Assembly (NCBI GenBank): GCA_946409515.1
Contig: CAMJWS010000002.1
Location: 76,506-140,505 of the forward strand
Direction: 5' to 3'
From: an uncultured Bacillales bacterium
GTDB taxonomy: Bacteria > Bacillota_I > Bacilli_A > RFN20 > CAG-826
DNA length: 64,000 nucleotides
The notes below the pieces were generated by a model that searched no databases, was not told where the DNA came from, and was given only the letters and a program-made list of their open reading frames with translations. This document shows, piece after piece, positions 37,734 through 48,527 of this stretch. Numbering within the stretch: position 1 is the stretch's first letter; the number at the start of each line of letters is the position of its first letter. The translations under genes were made by a program, and so were the position numbers.

Positions 37734-39520
37734 TAGCTATTACCTCCTTCCACTTCACTTTCGAGTTCTTGTAGTTTCACCATCTTTTGATAAGTTGGAG
37801 AAATCTTTAACAAGTTATGAGGTGTGTCAAAAGCTTCGACTTCACCATCGTTTAAAACAATAATTTTATCTAACTGTGAAACTGTTGAAATACGAGATGC
37901 CACCACTAAAGTGGTCTTACCTTTTCTTTCATTAGTGATATTGTGCAAAATTGTTTCTTCTGTTTTAGTGTCTACTGCACTAACGGAGTCATCTAAGATT
38001 AAAATTGGTGCGTTCTTAACATAGGCACGAGCGATGGATATTCTTTGCTTTTGGCCACCAGAAAGAGTTACACCTCTTTCACCTGAGACAGTTTGGTAGC
38101 CCTTATTAAAGCCACGAACATCATCATCGACACCCGCGAATATCGCGCCCATTCTAGCAGTTTCTTCTGTTCCGCCTTCTAATCCGAAGTTAATATTATG
38201 TTCGATAGAATCAGAGAAAAGGAAATTATCTTGTGGAACATAAGCGATATGATCTCTAAGCGAATCAATATCTAAAGTCATGATGTCTTTATCATCAATA
38301 AATAAAGTGCCTGGCTCAACGTTATACATCATTAATAAGACATTAACTAAAGTGGTTTTACCACTACCGATTTTACCGACAATACCGATAGACTCACCGG
38401 CTTTGATTTCTAGATTAATATTCTTCAAATTCGCGTAGTCATAGTTTGGATAGTTGAAGGAAAAATTGCGATAAGAAATATTGCCGCTAACTTCATCTAA
38501 CTTAACTGCATTCTCGGGTGATTTAACATTGATTTCGCTGCTTAAAAAAGCGCTTACTCTCTTTAGAGAGGCTCTACTTCTAGAATACATTGGTACGACT
38601 TGACCTAAAGCAATCATTGGCCAAATAAGAATGTCCATATAGCCAATAAAGATGATTAATGTATCAGGAGTAATTTGTTCAGTAACACCAAATAAAGTAA
38701 TCGCGCTACTATGGTTAAAAGCGTAAACAAACCAGCCACCAAAGATGAGGGCGATAGCCATCATCAAGGCAATAATAATTTCAATAATGACATCAAAGAT
38801 AACAGATAATCTCGCAAATGAGATGTTCACATCTGCATTCTTTCTAGCAACTTTAGCGAAAGCATGGATTTCTTTTGTTTCTTTAACAAAGGCTTTAATT
38901 ACTCTAATACCAGTGAAATTCTCTTGAGAGAAATCATAGAGTTCATCATAAGCCTTTTGTCTTTCATCCCATTTCATCGCCATGAATTTTTCATTAATGA
39001 CGCCCCAAATGATGATTAAAACAATTGGAATAAAACAAATAAAAGACATGATGCCATCAAGCATTATCATCTTTACAATAGTAAGGACCGACAAAAATAA
39101 TGAATCCACAATCATGACTGTGCCCCAACCAAGGTGATCACTAATTGTTTCTAAGTCATTCGTGAACCAGCTCATCACACTACCGACTTTCGTGTCGTGA
39201 TAAAACTGTCTTGGAAGAGCTTCTGCTTTTAAAAACATCTTATGACGGAGATCCGCTTCAATACGGAAAGATGCATTAAATAGAGCGATACGCCAAATAA
39301 AACGGCCTACAAACATTCCTGCGGCTACGATTAAGACGTATAAACCTAACGTGAAAATACGGTTAGTGTCGCCGTTATGTTCAAGAATATAAACGACTTC
39401 ACCAAGGTATTCTGGGATTAAAAGTTGGATATAATCGACCGCAATTAAAGCCAGGATGCCAATGATGAACAGCCAGCCATATTTGAGATAATAACGATTA
39501 ATGTACTTTCCGAATAGCAT
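37733..39520 (-). CDS. ABC exporter, fused permease/ATPase half-transporter (heterodimer partner)
   Basis: Walker A GKIGSGKTT, signature LSGGQKQR, Walker B ILILDDS. ATGA-type coupling with the downstream partner. Confidence 0.9.
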   Translation of the reverse strand: MLFGKYINRYYLKYGWLFIIGILALIAVDYIQLLIPEYLGEVVYILEHNGDTNRIFTLGLYVLIVAAGMFVGRFIWRIALFNASFRIEADLRHKMFLKAEALPRQFYHDTKVGSVMSWFTNDLETISDHLGWGTVMIVDSLFLSVLTIVKMIMLDGIMSFICFIPIVLIIIWGVINEKFMAMKWDERQKAYDELYDFSQENFTGIRVIKAFVKETKEIHAFAKVARKNADVNISFARLSVIFDVIIEIIIALMMAIALIFGGWFVYAFNHSSAITLFGVTEQITPDTLIIFIGYMDILIWPMIALGQVVPMYSRSRASLKRVSAFLSSEINVKSPENAVKLDEVSGNISYRNFSFNYPNYDYANLKNINLEIKAGESIGIVGKIGSGKTTLVNVLLMMYNVEPGTLFIDDKDIMTLDIDSLRDHIAYVPQDNFLFSDSIEHNINFGLEGGTEETARMGAIFAGVDDDVRGFNKGYQTVSGERGVTLSGGQKQRISIARAYVKNAPILILDDSVSAVDTKTEETILHNITNERKGKTTLVVASRISTVSQLDKIIVLNDGEVEAFDTPHNLLKISPTYQKMVKLQELESEVEGGNS

Positions 39521-39543
39521 AATTAAATCTCTATTGGCAAAAT

Positions 39544-39563
39544 ATTAACATACTAAAATGTTA
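39544..39563. promoter_or_regulatory. 7-bp perfect inverted repeat TTAACAT-N6-ATGTTAA upstream of the ABC exporter pair
   Basis: Read directly from the sequence, 24-43 nt upstream of the 39520 start codon. Confidence 0.3.
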
Positions 39564-39596
39564 AAACAATACCAAACGCTTTGAATAATTTATTTT

Positions 39597-40259
39597 TTAA
39601 TAATATAAGTCAATTTTCTCGAAAATTGCACGACGCTTGCCCACTTTAATGGTTACAGCGCCAGTAGCTTCTTGTAAGTGATAACTTAGTATCGTTGAAA
39701 GAACTTCTTTAGTCTCTTCATTGACGTTTTCATTTAATTTAATATAGCCAGTATTATTGACCGCCATACAGACTTCATGGTCATAAGTTAATGTTTCTTC
39801 ATTGAAGGCTGTGGAGATTGAATAATATGGTTTCGCGGTAATTTCAATATTCTTAATATTGACGTTAAAATATAGAGTGATCATGCCATCAACATAAGAA
39901 GAATCCGCACCGATGAAGAAGGTACCATCATCTTTTGTGCTGACATAATGTGGATTATCAACACCAGTTAAGATGCCGTTTTCCACACTCAGATAAGACA
40001 TGAGAAGCTCTTTATCTTGGATGTCGCTTTTTGATGCATTGATATTAGCGAAAGTTAAACTCGCTTTAGTAAGTCCAGTATTATCTAAAGAAGTGTTGTT
40101 CATATAAGAATAACTAATCACGCCGCCTTCTTTTGATGATGTTTCTCTATCTGGTCCAGCGGAATGTGTGTCGCCCTCTTTAAAACCAACTTCTAATTGG
40201 TTATTACAACCAGCAAGAAGCAACACTAATGGGAGAAGTAACATTCTAGACTTTTTCAT
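39597..40259 (-). CDS. putative lipoprotein, unknown function
   Basis: MKKSRMLLLPLVLLLAGC lipobox. The start is ambiguous (40259 or 40277). Confidence 0.6.
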   Translation of the reverse strand: MKKSRMLLLPLVLLLAGCNNQLEVGFKEGDTHSAGPDRETSSKEGGVISYSYMNNTSLDNTGLTKASLTFANINASKSDIQDKELLMSYLSVENGILTGVDNPHYVSTKDDGTFFIGADSSYVDGMITLYFNVNIKNIEITAKPYYSISTAFNEETLTYDHEVCMAVNNTGYIKLNENVNEETKEVLSTILSYHLQEATGAVTIKVGKRRAIFEKIDLYY

Positions 40260-40281
40260 AGCAACATTATGACACATCTAA

Positions 40282-41847
40282 TTATTTTTCGCTTTGATAA
40301 ATATCACTAATTAAAAATTCCACCGTGGTCTTTCCGTAATACGTCGATAGTCTAAATGTTCCAATCATATCGACAAATTGATATTGGCTGATTTCACTTT
40401 TTGGGAAATAGAAACCGGTTAATCTAGCAGCTTGACCGATGCTAGTAAGAATATGTTGAGTATCACGAGAATACATTAAGGATTGTGTTCTAATACGTGA
40501 TAATTTGAACTTTGGAGATTGCCACATTTCTCCAAAAGGAGAAAATGATTGAATTAAATCATAGTTTTCACGAGTAATCTCGTTTAAATATAGATCAATC
40601 GTTTGTGGTCTTTCTTCTTTGATTTCTGTGCTAGCGGCTAGTTCTGTGAAGACTTCTTTAAATTCATCAAACAATTCCTTTTTAACAGAACAACCACCCG
40701 CGGATTCATGGCCACCAGCGGTAAGCATGTATTTATCTAATTTATTAAAAGCGTCAACAACATTAAAGCCCTTAGGAGCGCGGCATGAGCCTTTATAATA
40801 TTCACCACTAGCATCCAAAGCAAAGATAATGGTTGGCTTTAAATACTTCTTTGCGAAGTTATTAGCGATTAAGCCAATGACACCTTCTTTTTCATTGATT
40901 ACTGCAATAATCGCCGCTTTAGAAGTATCAATTTCTTTACTATTTTCAGTGGCGACTTTTGTGACTTCTTTTCTTTCGTTATTCACGGAATTTATCCACT
41001 CATTGTAGTTTAAAAGAAGGTTTTTGTCCTCGCTGGTGAAGAATTGCACAGTTTTAATAAGAGAATCCTCGTCTTCCACTAAACGGCCAACAGCGTTGAC
41101 TTTTGGGGCGATTTTCATACCGATTGCGCTTTCAGTGAATATCTCTTTTTCTTTTAATAAATCTATATTAAAGAATTGACCATCTTCATACTCTTCGATC
41201 ACTAGTTTTAATAAGTTACGATTATACTCTCTAATTGGCATCATATCTGATACCACAGAGATACCCGCTAAAGTGGCGAGATATTGATCGAATCTTCCAA
41301 GGTATTCTTTAGCGAACATAAAGGTCACAAACCCAGCGCTTGTTGGGACATCGCCAAAATTAGAAACTACTGGGTGAAGAATATAGTCAGCAACAGGTAA
41401 AACTTCATCAGTTTGGTGATGGTCAAAGACTAAGACTTGCATACCGTTTTTCTTACAGTATTCAATGCCTTCAAAAGCGGTCACACCATTATCAACTGTA
41501 ATTAATAAATCATAGCCATTTTTAACGATTTCTTCCGCATGTTTGAGGGTTAAGCCATAACCGTCTAAATAACGGCTAGGAACATAGTAATCAACTGGAT
41601 AAGAAAGATAAGAGAACATTTTGACTAAAATAGAGATAGACATAATGCCATCACAGTCATAGTCCCCGTATATATAAATCTTCTTATTTTCTTTAATGGC
41701 GTTTCTTACGGCTTCGACACATTTATCGATGTCTTTAAAATGGTGACCGACAGCGAAATTCTCTTCACTCACTGGAGCGAGGAGTTTTTGATATTCGCTT
41801 TCACTAATTTGAAAATATGTTAGAAGTCGCTTTAGTAAACTTTCCAT
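40282..41847 (-). CDS. recJ: single-stranded-DNA-specific exonuclease RecJ (short form, DHH/DHHA1)
   Basis: DHH motifs DYDCDG, DNG, FDHH and GGHESAGG. Synteny with secDF and relA. Confidence 0.8.
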   Translation of the reverse strand: MESLLKRLLTYFQISESEYQKLLAPVSEENFAVGHHFKDIDKCVEAVRNAIKENKKIYIYGDYDCDGIMSISILVKMFSYLSYPVDYYVPSRYLDGYGLTLKHAEEIVKNGYDLLITVDNGVTAFEGIEYCKKNGMQVLVFDHHQTDEVLPVADYILHPVVSNFGDVPTSAGFVTFMFAKEYLGRFDQYLATLAGISVVSDMMPIREYNRNLLKLVIEEYEDGQFFNIDLLKEKEIFTESAIGMKIAPKVNAVGRLVEDEDSLIKTVQFFTSEDKNLLLNYNEWINSVNNERKEVTKVATENSKEIDTSKAAIIAVINEKEGVIGLIANNFAKKYLKPTIIFALDASGEYYKGSCRAPKGFNVVDAFNKLDKYMLTAGGHESAGGCSVKKELFDEFKEVFTELAASTEIKEERPQTIDLYLNEITRENYDLIQSFSPFGEMWQSPKFKLSRIRTQSLMYSRDTQHILTSIGQAARLTGFYFPKSEISQYQFVDMIGTFRLSTYYGKTTVEFLISDIYQSEK

Positions 41848-41861
41848 AATCTAATCTTATT

Positions 41862-41890
41862 ATAAAATAAAGGCCGCTTATAAAGCAGCC
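41862..41890 (-). terminator. intrinsic terminator after secDF
   Basis: Minus strand: GGCTGCTT-tat-AAGCGGCC (one mismatch) followed by TTTATTTT. Confidence 0.5.
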
Positions 41891-41900
41891 TTTTCATTAA

Positions 41901-44576
41901 TTAATCGTTAATGCCAATGAAGATTGCTTCTTCTGGTTCTGCGGATTTATTGACACGTACTGGACGTGCTTTTTTCTTCTTGGCTTTTGGTTTGATGAGT
42001 TGTACACCATGGAAGGCTTTATAGAACACTTGCGCAATAGGACCAAAGCAAACGAGTGTAAGGCCTGTGGCAATGGCTACGCCTAAGATGACAGCTAAGA
42101 AGATGTAAGAGACACTTGTGAACATGAAACCGAAGAAGTTAACACCAAGGTATAAAGCCATGATGAAGGCGATGGTCATTGGTGTAGAAGCTAAAGCAAT
42201 AGCTTTAACCATCATCGCATTTCTACCTTCGACAGAGTTATCTCTGTTACGGTCATCGATAATCATGTCTCTTTCTTTATTCATAAAGATAATACCGACC
42301 GCTAAAGTGAAGATTGCCACAAATGGGATGGCAAGACCAGCATAGGAAGTAACTGGTAAGAATCTTAACATTGCGAATAAGCCAGCACTGATACCTGTAG
42401 CGGCAAAGCTAACAATGATAGAAGCAATACCACGGCTTAAACGGTAACGGAGTAAGAGATATAAACCAGCGATACCTAAGCCAACACTTGTCGCAACGAT
42501 TAAGGAAGTAACGGAAGGTTGATCAGCACTGATTCTAACGGAATCCTTTAAGGAAACGCTAACACTGGCTGGCATATTGAGGTTTGCACCACTAGCGTTA
42601 TTTAATTCATCAAGAGTGAAGAAGTCGCTAACTGGCATTGGATCTAAATCACCATATTTAATCATTTCTGTGCCTTTTAATGGTCTATCGAAATTGATGA
42701 TGTAATAGGCATAGAAGACGGTACTTGTACCGGTTCTTGTTGTATCATACTTAGGAGTGTATGCATATGTATCAAGTTCAGTGATTTCTTTTAAGCTCTT
42801 ATCTTCTAAAGTAGCATTATCCAAAATCGCATCGATTCTTTCTTTAACATCAGCAGTTAAGGCAGTATTGCCTGTCACTTCTGTACTATATTCGACGTAG
42901 ACTTGGCTATTGCTGTATGGAGAATTGGAACTATAAATTGCACCTTTTTGTGTGACGCCAAAGACAATCATAGAAACAACACTAGCAACGAATAAGACTG
43001 CACCAATAATAGCAACTGGTTTCTTATGCTTTGTGAAATCTTTATCAGCGTTAGCGCCTTCGTATCTGGCTTTGTTTTCTTCTAAGCCATCAGCAACTTG
43101 ATCTTGGTTGACATCGAACAAATCATAACGACCAGCTAAACCTTGTTCGTTAGTAACGAGCCATTCCATGCCACGTAAGAAGATGAGATTTAATAATAAG
43201 GAAGCAACGCCACCTAAGATACTAGCAACAGCGAATGATTTCATCATTACACCGCCTAATAAGTAGCAGCCCACACCCATCGCCACTAAAACAACGTGTA
43301 AGTCAACGATTGGTAATAAGGACTTCTTAGCGGCTTCTGTGTTAGCTTTCTTAAGAGTTCTACCACGGTAGCATTCTTCTTTAAATTTGTGCATATAGAT
43401 GACACCACTTAAGACACTGATTAAGCCTAAAGCGATTAAGCCAACCATACCAGCAATATTGAATTCGGCATGCAATAAGACGACGAATAATAAGCCTAAG
43501 AATGTGGCAATGATTGATGTCACTGCAATACCACTAGCGCCTAATCTATAGAAGTAGATAAGTAATAAGCTAATAACAGCGATAGCAACGATTGTCGCAA
43601 TGAAGGTTCTGCTCCAAGCAATTGTTTCGTGTGTGCCTAATTCCACCAATCTTTCAACGAATAAGTCAGCGGGCTTAGAGAACATGAAGTCAACGTGGTA
43701 ATTCATTTTGCCAGCGTTAAGTAAGTTCACGTAATAACGAGCATTCTTGAAAGCTTTTGCTAAAGCATCATCAGAAATCTTATTGTCTTCACCAACTTCT
43801 GGTTGGACATAAGCTCTTAAAGCGGTTTGTTCTTCGTCTAAGAATGGATCCGCAGCATCGAAAGTCATTAAGACTTTGCTCGCAACAGCGGCATCATATG
43901 TATCTTGAGATTTTTGATTGATTTTATCGTATGAGTAATAGTCTTCAATGTAGTCGTACCAGAGGTAGAGGTAAGCATGTCTTTTGGTTTCTTCTTCCTC
44001 TTCGCCTTCTTGGTGATCGTGTTGTTCTTCGACTTCACCAGTATTGTTATCACTCATTTCCTTTGCTTCTGTATAGACAGCTTGGAATAATTCATTATCG
44101 GATTTGATTGGAATGATAATTGTTGGATAGCCTTGATCACTAGTCCAGGATGCTTTTTTGCTTGTGTCGAGGAATTCAGTTGCTAAAGCATATGTTTCCT
44201 TTGAGTTAGAGATGGCTAATGTGGCGTTGAATGAAAGATAGTTTTGAATGATTTCGTATTCTTGGTCTGTGTCTTGAACGAAAGAGACCTTAATTGTATC
44301 AAAACCTGCGGTTTCAACTTTATAACGAGAGATATCAGCAGTTGCTAATCTCTTTTCCATGATTTTTGCGGTTTCTTTAACAGCTTCATCATCGGTGAAT
44401 TCGTAATCTTTGTCTGGATTACCATCGTCATCTTTGGCATTGATGCGGAAAGTTAATTCACGACCTTTCTCGAATTCGATATTACTGTTCATATTTGTAA
44501 CTACGGTGGCAAATGTTGCTCCAACCATCAATAGCGAAGTAGCCGCTATGACAATATGTGACCATAATCTACGCAT
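41901..44576 (-). CDS. secDF: protein translocase subunit SecDF (fused), with a large acidic periplasmic-domain insert
   Basis: About 12 TM segments in two blocks and large extracytoplasmic loops. Start set at MRRLWSH behind AGGAGG. Confidence 0.85.
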   Translation of the reverse strand: MRRLWSHIVIAATSLLMVGATFATVVTNMNSNIEFEKGRELTFRINAKDDDGNPDKDYEFTDDEAVKETAKIMEKRLATADISRYKVETAGFDTIKVSFVQDTDQEYEIIQNYLSFNATLAISNSKETYALATEFLDTSKKASWTSDQGYPTIIIPIKSDNELFQAVYTEAKEMSDNNTGEVEEQHDHQEGEEEEETKRHAYLYLWYDYIEDYYSYDKINQKSQDTYDAAVASKVLMTFDAADPFLDEEQTALRAYVQPEVGEDNKISDDALAKAFKNARYYVNLLNAGKMNYHVDFMFSKPADLFVERLVELGTHETIAWSRTFIATIVAIAVISLLLIYFYRLGASGIAVTSIIATFLGLLFVVLLHAEFNIAGMVGLIALGLISVLSGVIYMHKFKEECYRGRTLKKANTEAAKKSLLPIVDLHVVLVAMGVGCYLLGGVMMKSFAVASILGGVASLLLNLIFLRGMEWLVTNEQGLAGRYDLFDVNQDQVADGLEENKARYEGANADKDFTKHKKPVAIIGAVLFVASVVSMIVFGVTQKGAIYSSNSPYSNSQVYVEYSTEVTGNTALTADVKERIDAILDNATLEDKSLKEITELDTYAYTPKYDTTRTGTSTVFYAYYIINFDRPLKGTEMIKYGDLDPMPVSDFFTLDELNNASGANLNMPASVSVSLKDSVRISADQPSVTSLIVATSVGLGIAGLYLLLRYRLSRGIASIIVSFAATGISAGLFAMLRFLPVTSYAGLAIPFVAIFTLAVGIIFMNKERDMIIDDRNRDNSVEGRNAMMVKAIALASTPMTIAFIMALYLGVNFFGFMFTSVSYIFLAVILGVAIATGLTLVCFGPIAQVFYKAFHGVQLIKPKAKKKKARPVRVNKSAEPEEAIFIGIND

Positions 44577-44683
44577 ATTTATTCCTCCTAATACGTGTAT
44601 GTGCATTCGCTCGTAAGGCGACGTCATTGAATAATATACTCTAATTACATAAGTAATTCAACATATTTGTATGACTAAATGAG

Positions 44684-44712
44684 AAAATAAAAGAACAAGA
44701 CGAGTCTTGTTC
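44684..44712 (-). terminator. intrinsic terminator after ruvB
   Basis: Minus strand: GAACAAGA-ctcg-TCTTGTTC followed by TTTTATTTT. Confidence 0.75.
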
Positions 44713-44740
44713 CATTTTTCTTAATTATTTTATAACATTA

Positions 44741-45751
44741 TTAGAATAATGTTGTTTGATGACCTATTTTAAGATGCTTATACGCTTTCTCTGTGGCAAC
44801 ACGTCCACGAGCGGTTCTATCGATCATTCCAATTTGAAGAAGATATGGTTCATAAACGTCTTCTAAGTTATCGATTTCTTCACCAATTGCACTCGCTAAA
44901 GTGTCTAAACCAACTGGTCCACCTTTGAATCTTTCGATGATGGTTTTTAAGTATTTGATATCGACATCATCAAGACCAAGTTCGTCCACTTTTAAAGCCT
45001 TTAATGCTTGTAAAGCATCGTTAATAGTAATATGGTCTTCACCGGCATAGTTAGCAAAGTCACGCACTCTTCTAAATAATCTATTAGCAATACGCGGCGT
45101 ACCACGAGAACGTTTAGCAATTTCTAAAGCTGCAGCATCTTCAATTGTGGTATTAAAGACTTTCGCTGTTCTTTTGACAATGGCGACGCATTCATCAATA
45201 TCGTAGAAACTAAGCTTTTCAGAAATACCAAATCTACTTCTTAATGGAGCGCTTAAGTTACCCGCACGGGTGGTCGCACCAATGAGTGTGAAAGGTGGCA
45301 AATCAATAGTTAAAGTTCTTGCGCTTGTATCGCGGTTAATAACGACAGAGAATTTGAAGTCTTCCATGGCGTTATATAGAGTTTCTTCCACAATACGTGG
45401 AAGTCTATGAATTTCATCGATGAAGAGAATGTCTCCACCATCTTTATTTAAGTTGGATAAAATAGCACCTAAATCACCTGGTTTTTCAAGGGCTGGACCA
45501 TTCACAAAATGAATGTTAGCGTGCATCTCATTAGCGACGACATAGGCTAAAGTTGTTTTACCTAGACCTGGAGGGCCATAGAAAAGAATATGGTCTAATG
45601 GTTCATCTCTATGAAGAGCAGCACCAATAAAGACCTTTAAATTGGCCTTTAAGTCTTTTTGACCAACGTATTCATCAAGAGTTTGTGGTCTAAGTGACAA
45701 CTCTTCTTGTGATTCGTTACTATTCTTCTTTGCATCTAGTAATCTGGACAT
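44741..45751 (-). CDS. ruvB: Holliday junction branch migration ATPase RuvB
   Basis: [12 protein letters not shown], Walker [16 protein letters not shown], winged-helix tail. Confidence 0.95.
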   Translation of the reverse strand: MSRLLDAKKNSNESQEELSLRPQTLDEYVGQKDLKANLKVFIGAALHRDEPLDHILFYGPPGLGKTTLAYVVANEMHANIHFVNGPALEKPGDLGAILSNLNKDGGDILFIDEIHRLPRIVEETLYNAMEDFKFSVVINRDTSARTLTIDLPPFTLIGATTRAGNLSAPLRSRFGISEKLSFYDIDECVAIVKRTAKVFNTTIEDAAALEIAKRSRGTPRIANRLFRRVRDFANYAGEDHITINDALQALKALKVDELGLDDVDIKYLKTIIERFKGGPVGLDTLASAIGEEIDNLEDVYEPYLLQIGMIDRTARGRVATEKAYKHLKIGHQTTLF

Positions 45752-45752
45752 A

Positions 45753-46304
45753 TTATTTCCTTAATTTAGCTAAAGCTATACGTAAGATTTCTTCTGGAGC
45801 AGCATCTTTTTCGTTGATGGTCGCTAAAACGCGGTCAATAGCTGCACCTTTAAAGCCTAATTCTTTGAGTGCTTCATACACTTCATCATAAACACCTGGA
45901 TCACCTTTAGTGCCAGTTAATTCACCTTTAAGATCGAGAATGATTTGGCTAGCGGCTTTCGCACCGATGCCTGGTAACTTCTTTAAATAAGCAACGTTAT
46001 TAGAAGCAATGGCGTTTCTTACTCCATCCACTGTTGTGGCGCTTAATGCACCAATGACGGTCTTAGGACCTAAACCTTTAACTTTAATTAATGAGAGGAA
46101 GACTTTCTTTTCATCTAAAGATGAGAAACCAACAAGATATTGTTCATCTTCTCTGATTACATTATATGTATATAAAAACACTTCTTGACCGACTTCGTAG
46201 TCACTAATATGGCTCACTAAAACTTGATAACCAACATCACGAACATCAATAATGACGGTATCGCCATCGGTCATTAAAACTCTGCCTTTTAAAGAATAGA
46301 TCAT
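45753..46304 (-). CDS. ruvA: Holliday junction DNA helicase subunit RuvA
   Basis: OB domain followed by two HhH motifs ([17 protein letters not shown]). Immediately upstream of ruvB. Confidence 0.9.
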   Translation of the reverse strand: MIYSLKGRVLMTDGDTVIIDVRDVGYQVLVSHISDYEVGQEVFLYTYNVIREDEQYLVGFSSLDEKKVFLSLIKVKGLGPKTVIGALSATTVDGVRNAIASNNVAYLKKLPGIGAKAASQIILDLKGELTGTKGDPGVYDEVYEALKELGFKGAAIDRVLATINEKDAAPEEILRIALAKLRK

Positions 46305-46324
46305 AATAGTTACCTTCCTTAATT

Positions 46325-46423
46325 TTATAAATTAACGATGATAAATAGAACAAGAAAAAGGAGAACTGCGAGAGCGCTTAATAAACTAGATATGAAAATT
46401 ACCTCTAATTTATTAACCTTCAT
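46325..46423 (-). CDS. possible 32-aa hydrophobic micro-protein (MKVNKLEVIFISSLLSALAVLLFLVLFIIVNL)
   Basis: Not in the ORF track because it is too short. The ATG directly abuts the nadE stop, with GAGGTG 6 nt upstream. It has a single predicted TM helix and fills an otherwise empty nadE-ruvA gap. Confidence 0.3.
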   Translation of the reverse strand: MKVNKLEVIFISSLLSALAVLLFLVLFIIVNL

Positions 46424-47164
46424 TTATTCACCTCTATCAAACTCTTTTGGCATAGGTGTAGGCACTCTTTTGTGCTCGCTAATCTTGTGGAGATGTTGAA
46501 TGCGTTTTTCCACCGCTTCATCAACTTTCTTGCCTAAGATGTAAGCATCTAAATCTTTATAGGTTACACCCATTTCATTTTCATCAGTTTGGCCTTCAAA
46601 TAGGCTGGCTGTTGGAACTCTTTCCGCTAAATGGTTGCTAATACCTAATAGCTTACTTGCTTCCACAACTTCGCCTTTTAATAAATGCGCGATAGGAAGA
46701 ATATCAGCAGCGCCATCACCATGTTTGGTGAAGTAGCCTGTATATCTTTCATCAGCATTATCTGTGCCAATAACTAAACCATTATATTTTTGCGCATAAG
46801 CATATAAAATGCTCATTCTAATACGCGCTTTTAAATTACCTAAAGTGCTTCTATCGAAATCTTGACCAAGCTTTTTGAATGTATCTACATAGCCTCTAAA
46901 GATTTCTGTACCGTCCACTATGACATAGTTTAAGTCTAATTCTTTGACTAATTGAAGAGCGTCTTCTTCATCCGCTTTATGACTTTCAATTGGAAGAATT
47001 AAACATAATAAACGATCTTTACCAACAGCGTTTCTTGCTAAAGCCGCACATAAAGAAGAATCAACACCACCAGAAATACCAAGAACATAGGTTTTGCAGT
47101 GTGCTTTTTCAATGTATTCCTTTAGGAATTGTTCAATTTCTTTTAAGTATTGTTCTAATTTCAT
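46424..47164 (-). CDS. nadE: NH3-dependent NAD+ synthetase
   Basis: PP-loop GISGGVDSS. 246 aa. Confidence 0.9.
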   Translation of the reverse strand: MKLEQYLKEIEQFLKEYIEKAHCKTYVLGISGGVDSSLCAALARNAVGKDRLLCLILPIESHKADEEDALQLVKELDLNYVIVDGTEIFRGYVDTFKKLGQDFDRSTLGNLKARIRMSILYAYAQKYNGLVIGTDNADERYTGYFTKHGDGAADILPIAHLLKGEVVEASKLLGISNHLAERVPTASLFEGQTDENEMGVTYKDLDAYILGKKVDEAVEKRIQHLHKISEHKRVPTPMPKEFDRGE

Positions 47165-47166
47165 AA

Positions 47167-48444
47167 CTATCTCACATATTCAAATTCGAAGTCATCAAGA
47201 ATGACAGTATCGCCATCTTCTGCCCCTCTATTTTCTAATTCATCATCGATTCTAAGAGAACGAATCTTACTCATTAAAACCATCATACCTTCATCAGTGG
47301 AGATGTTAGTCATATGGTAGAACTTAAGCATCTTTTCACCTTCAATGGACCAAGTATGAGCGTCAATTCTTCTAATACTGAAGAATGGTTCTTCATCTTC
47401 AAGAGTGTAGGTCTTATGGTCAAGGTCTTCTTCTTTGGCATCATAAAGTGGGAATAATGGAGTTTCCTTAAGAACTTCCGCACATTTATAGAGGAGTTTA
47501 TCAATATTCTCTTCAGTGATTGCACTAATCGGAATAATCTCTTTACCAATTTGTTTTTCTAATTTCTTGAGCTTTTCTTCCGCCCCTTCTTCATCCATCT
47601 TACTAGCGACAATGATTTGTGGACGTTTATCTAAAGCAAAGCCATATTCTTTAAGTTCATTGTTAATGACTTGGTAGTCCTCATAAGGATCTCTACCTGT
47701 TTCAGACATATCAACAACGTGGACAATAACACGGCATCTTTCAATATGTCTAAGGAACTGTAAACCTAAGCCTTTACCTTGGTGAGCACCTTCAATTAAT
47801 CCTGGTAAGTCCGCCATCACGAAGGAGCTACCATCTTTAACAGAAACAACACCGAGATTTGGTGTAATGGTTGTAAATGGATAATCAGCAATCTCAGGTT
47901 TAGCGGCACTGACCACACTTAAAAGTGTGCTCTTACCAACACTTGGGAAACCGACTAAACCGACATCAGCTAAAAGCTTAAGTTCAAGAATTAATCTTTT
48001 TCTTTCACCTGGTTCACCGTTTTCCGCAATCTTAGGGACTCTATTAGTGGAACTCTTGAAGCAGGAGTTACCTCTACCACCTCTTCCACCTTTAGCGACT
48101 CTAATCATCTTGCCATCTTCATTTAAGTCGCCTAAGAACTCTTTGTCTTTTTCTAAATAGACAACTGTTCCTACTGGGACATCAACGATGACATCTTCAG
48201 CATATTTACCATATTGGTTTTTGATACCGCCTTTTTCACCATCATTAGCGATGAAGGTTTTACTATGACGGAAATTAAATAATGTATTGATGGTTTTGCT
48301 GGCTCTTAAGAAGATTGAACCACCACGACCACCGTTACCACCGGCAGGTCCACCCTTTGGGACATATTTTTCACGTAAAAATGCAATGGCGCCATCGCCA
48401 CCTTTACCACTTCTTACTTCAATAACTGCACGATCAATAAACAT
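47167..48444 (-). CDS. obg: GTPase Obg/CgtA
   Basis: Glycine-rich Obg fold (GGDGGRGGS-like), G1 GFPSVGKST, C-terminal OCT domain. Confidence 0.95.
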   Translation of the reverse strand: MFIDRAVIEVRSGKGGDGAIAFLREKYVPKGGPAGGNGGRGGSIFLRASKTINTLFNFRHSKTFIANDGEKGGIKNQYGKYAEDVIVDVPVGTVVYLEKDKEFLGDLNEDGKMIRVAKGGRGGRGNSCFKSSTNRVPKIAENGEPGERKRLILELKLLADVGLVGFPSVGKSTLLSVVSAAKPEIADYPFTTITPNLGVVSVKDGSSFVMADLPGLIEGAHQGKGLGLQFLRHIERCRVIVHVVDMSETGRDPYEDYQVINNELKEYGFALDKRPQIIVASKMDEEGAEEKLKKLEKQIGKEIIPISAITEENIDKLLYKCAEVLKETPLFPLYDAKEEDLDHKTYTLEDEEPFFSIRRIDAHTWSIEGEKMLKFYHMTNISTDEGMMVLMSKIRSLRIDDELENRGAEDGDTVILDDFEFEYVR

Positions 48445-48483
48445 AAAATTCTTCTTTCTTTTCTATTATATAAGAAAAGCATA

Positions 48484-48509
48484 CAAAAAGACCACTAAAA
48501 TGTGGTCTT
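48484..48509 (-). terminator. intrinsic terminator after rpmA
   Basis: Minus strand: AAGACCAC-atttta-GTGGTCTT followed by TTTGT. Confidence 0.6.
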
Positions 48510-48527
48510 AATGTTCTTTTTTAACAA

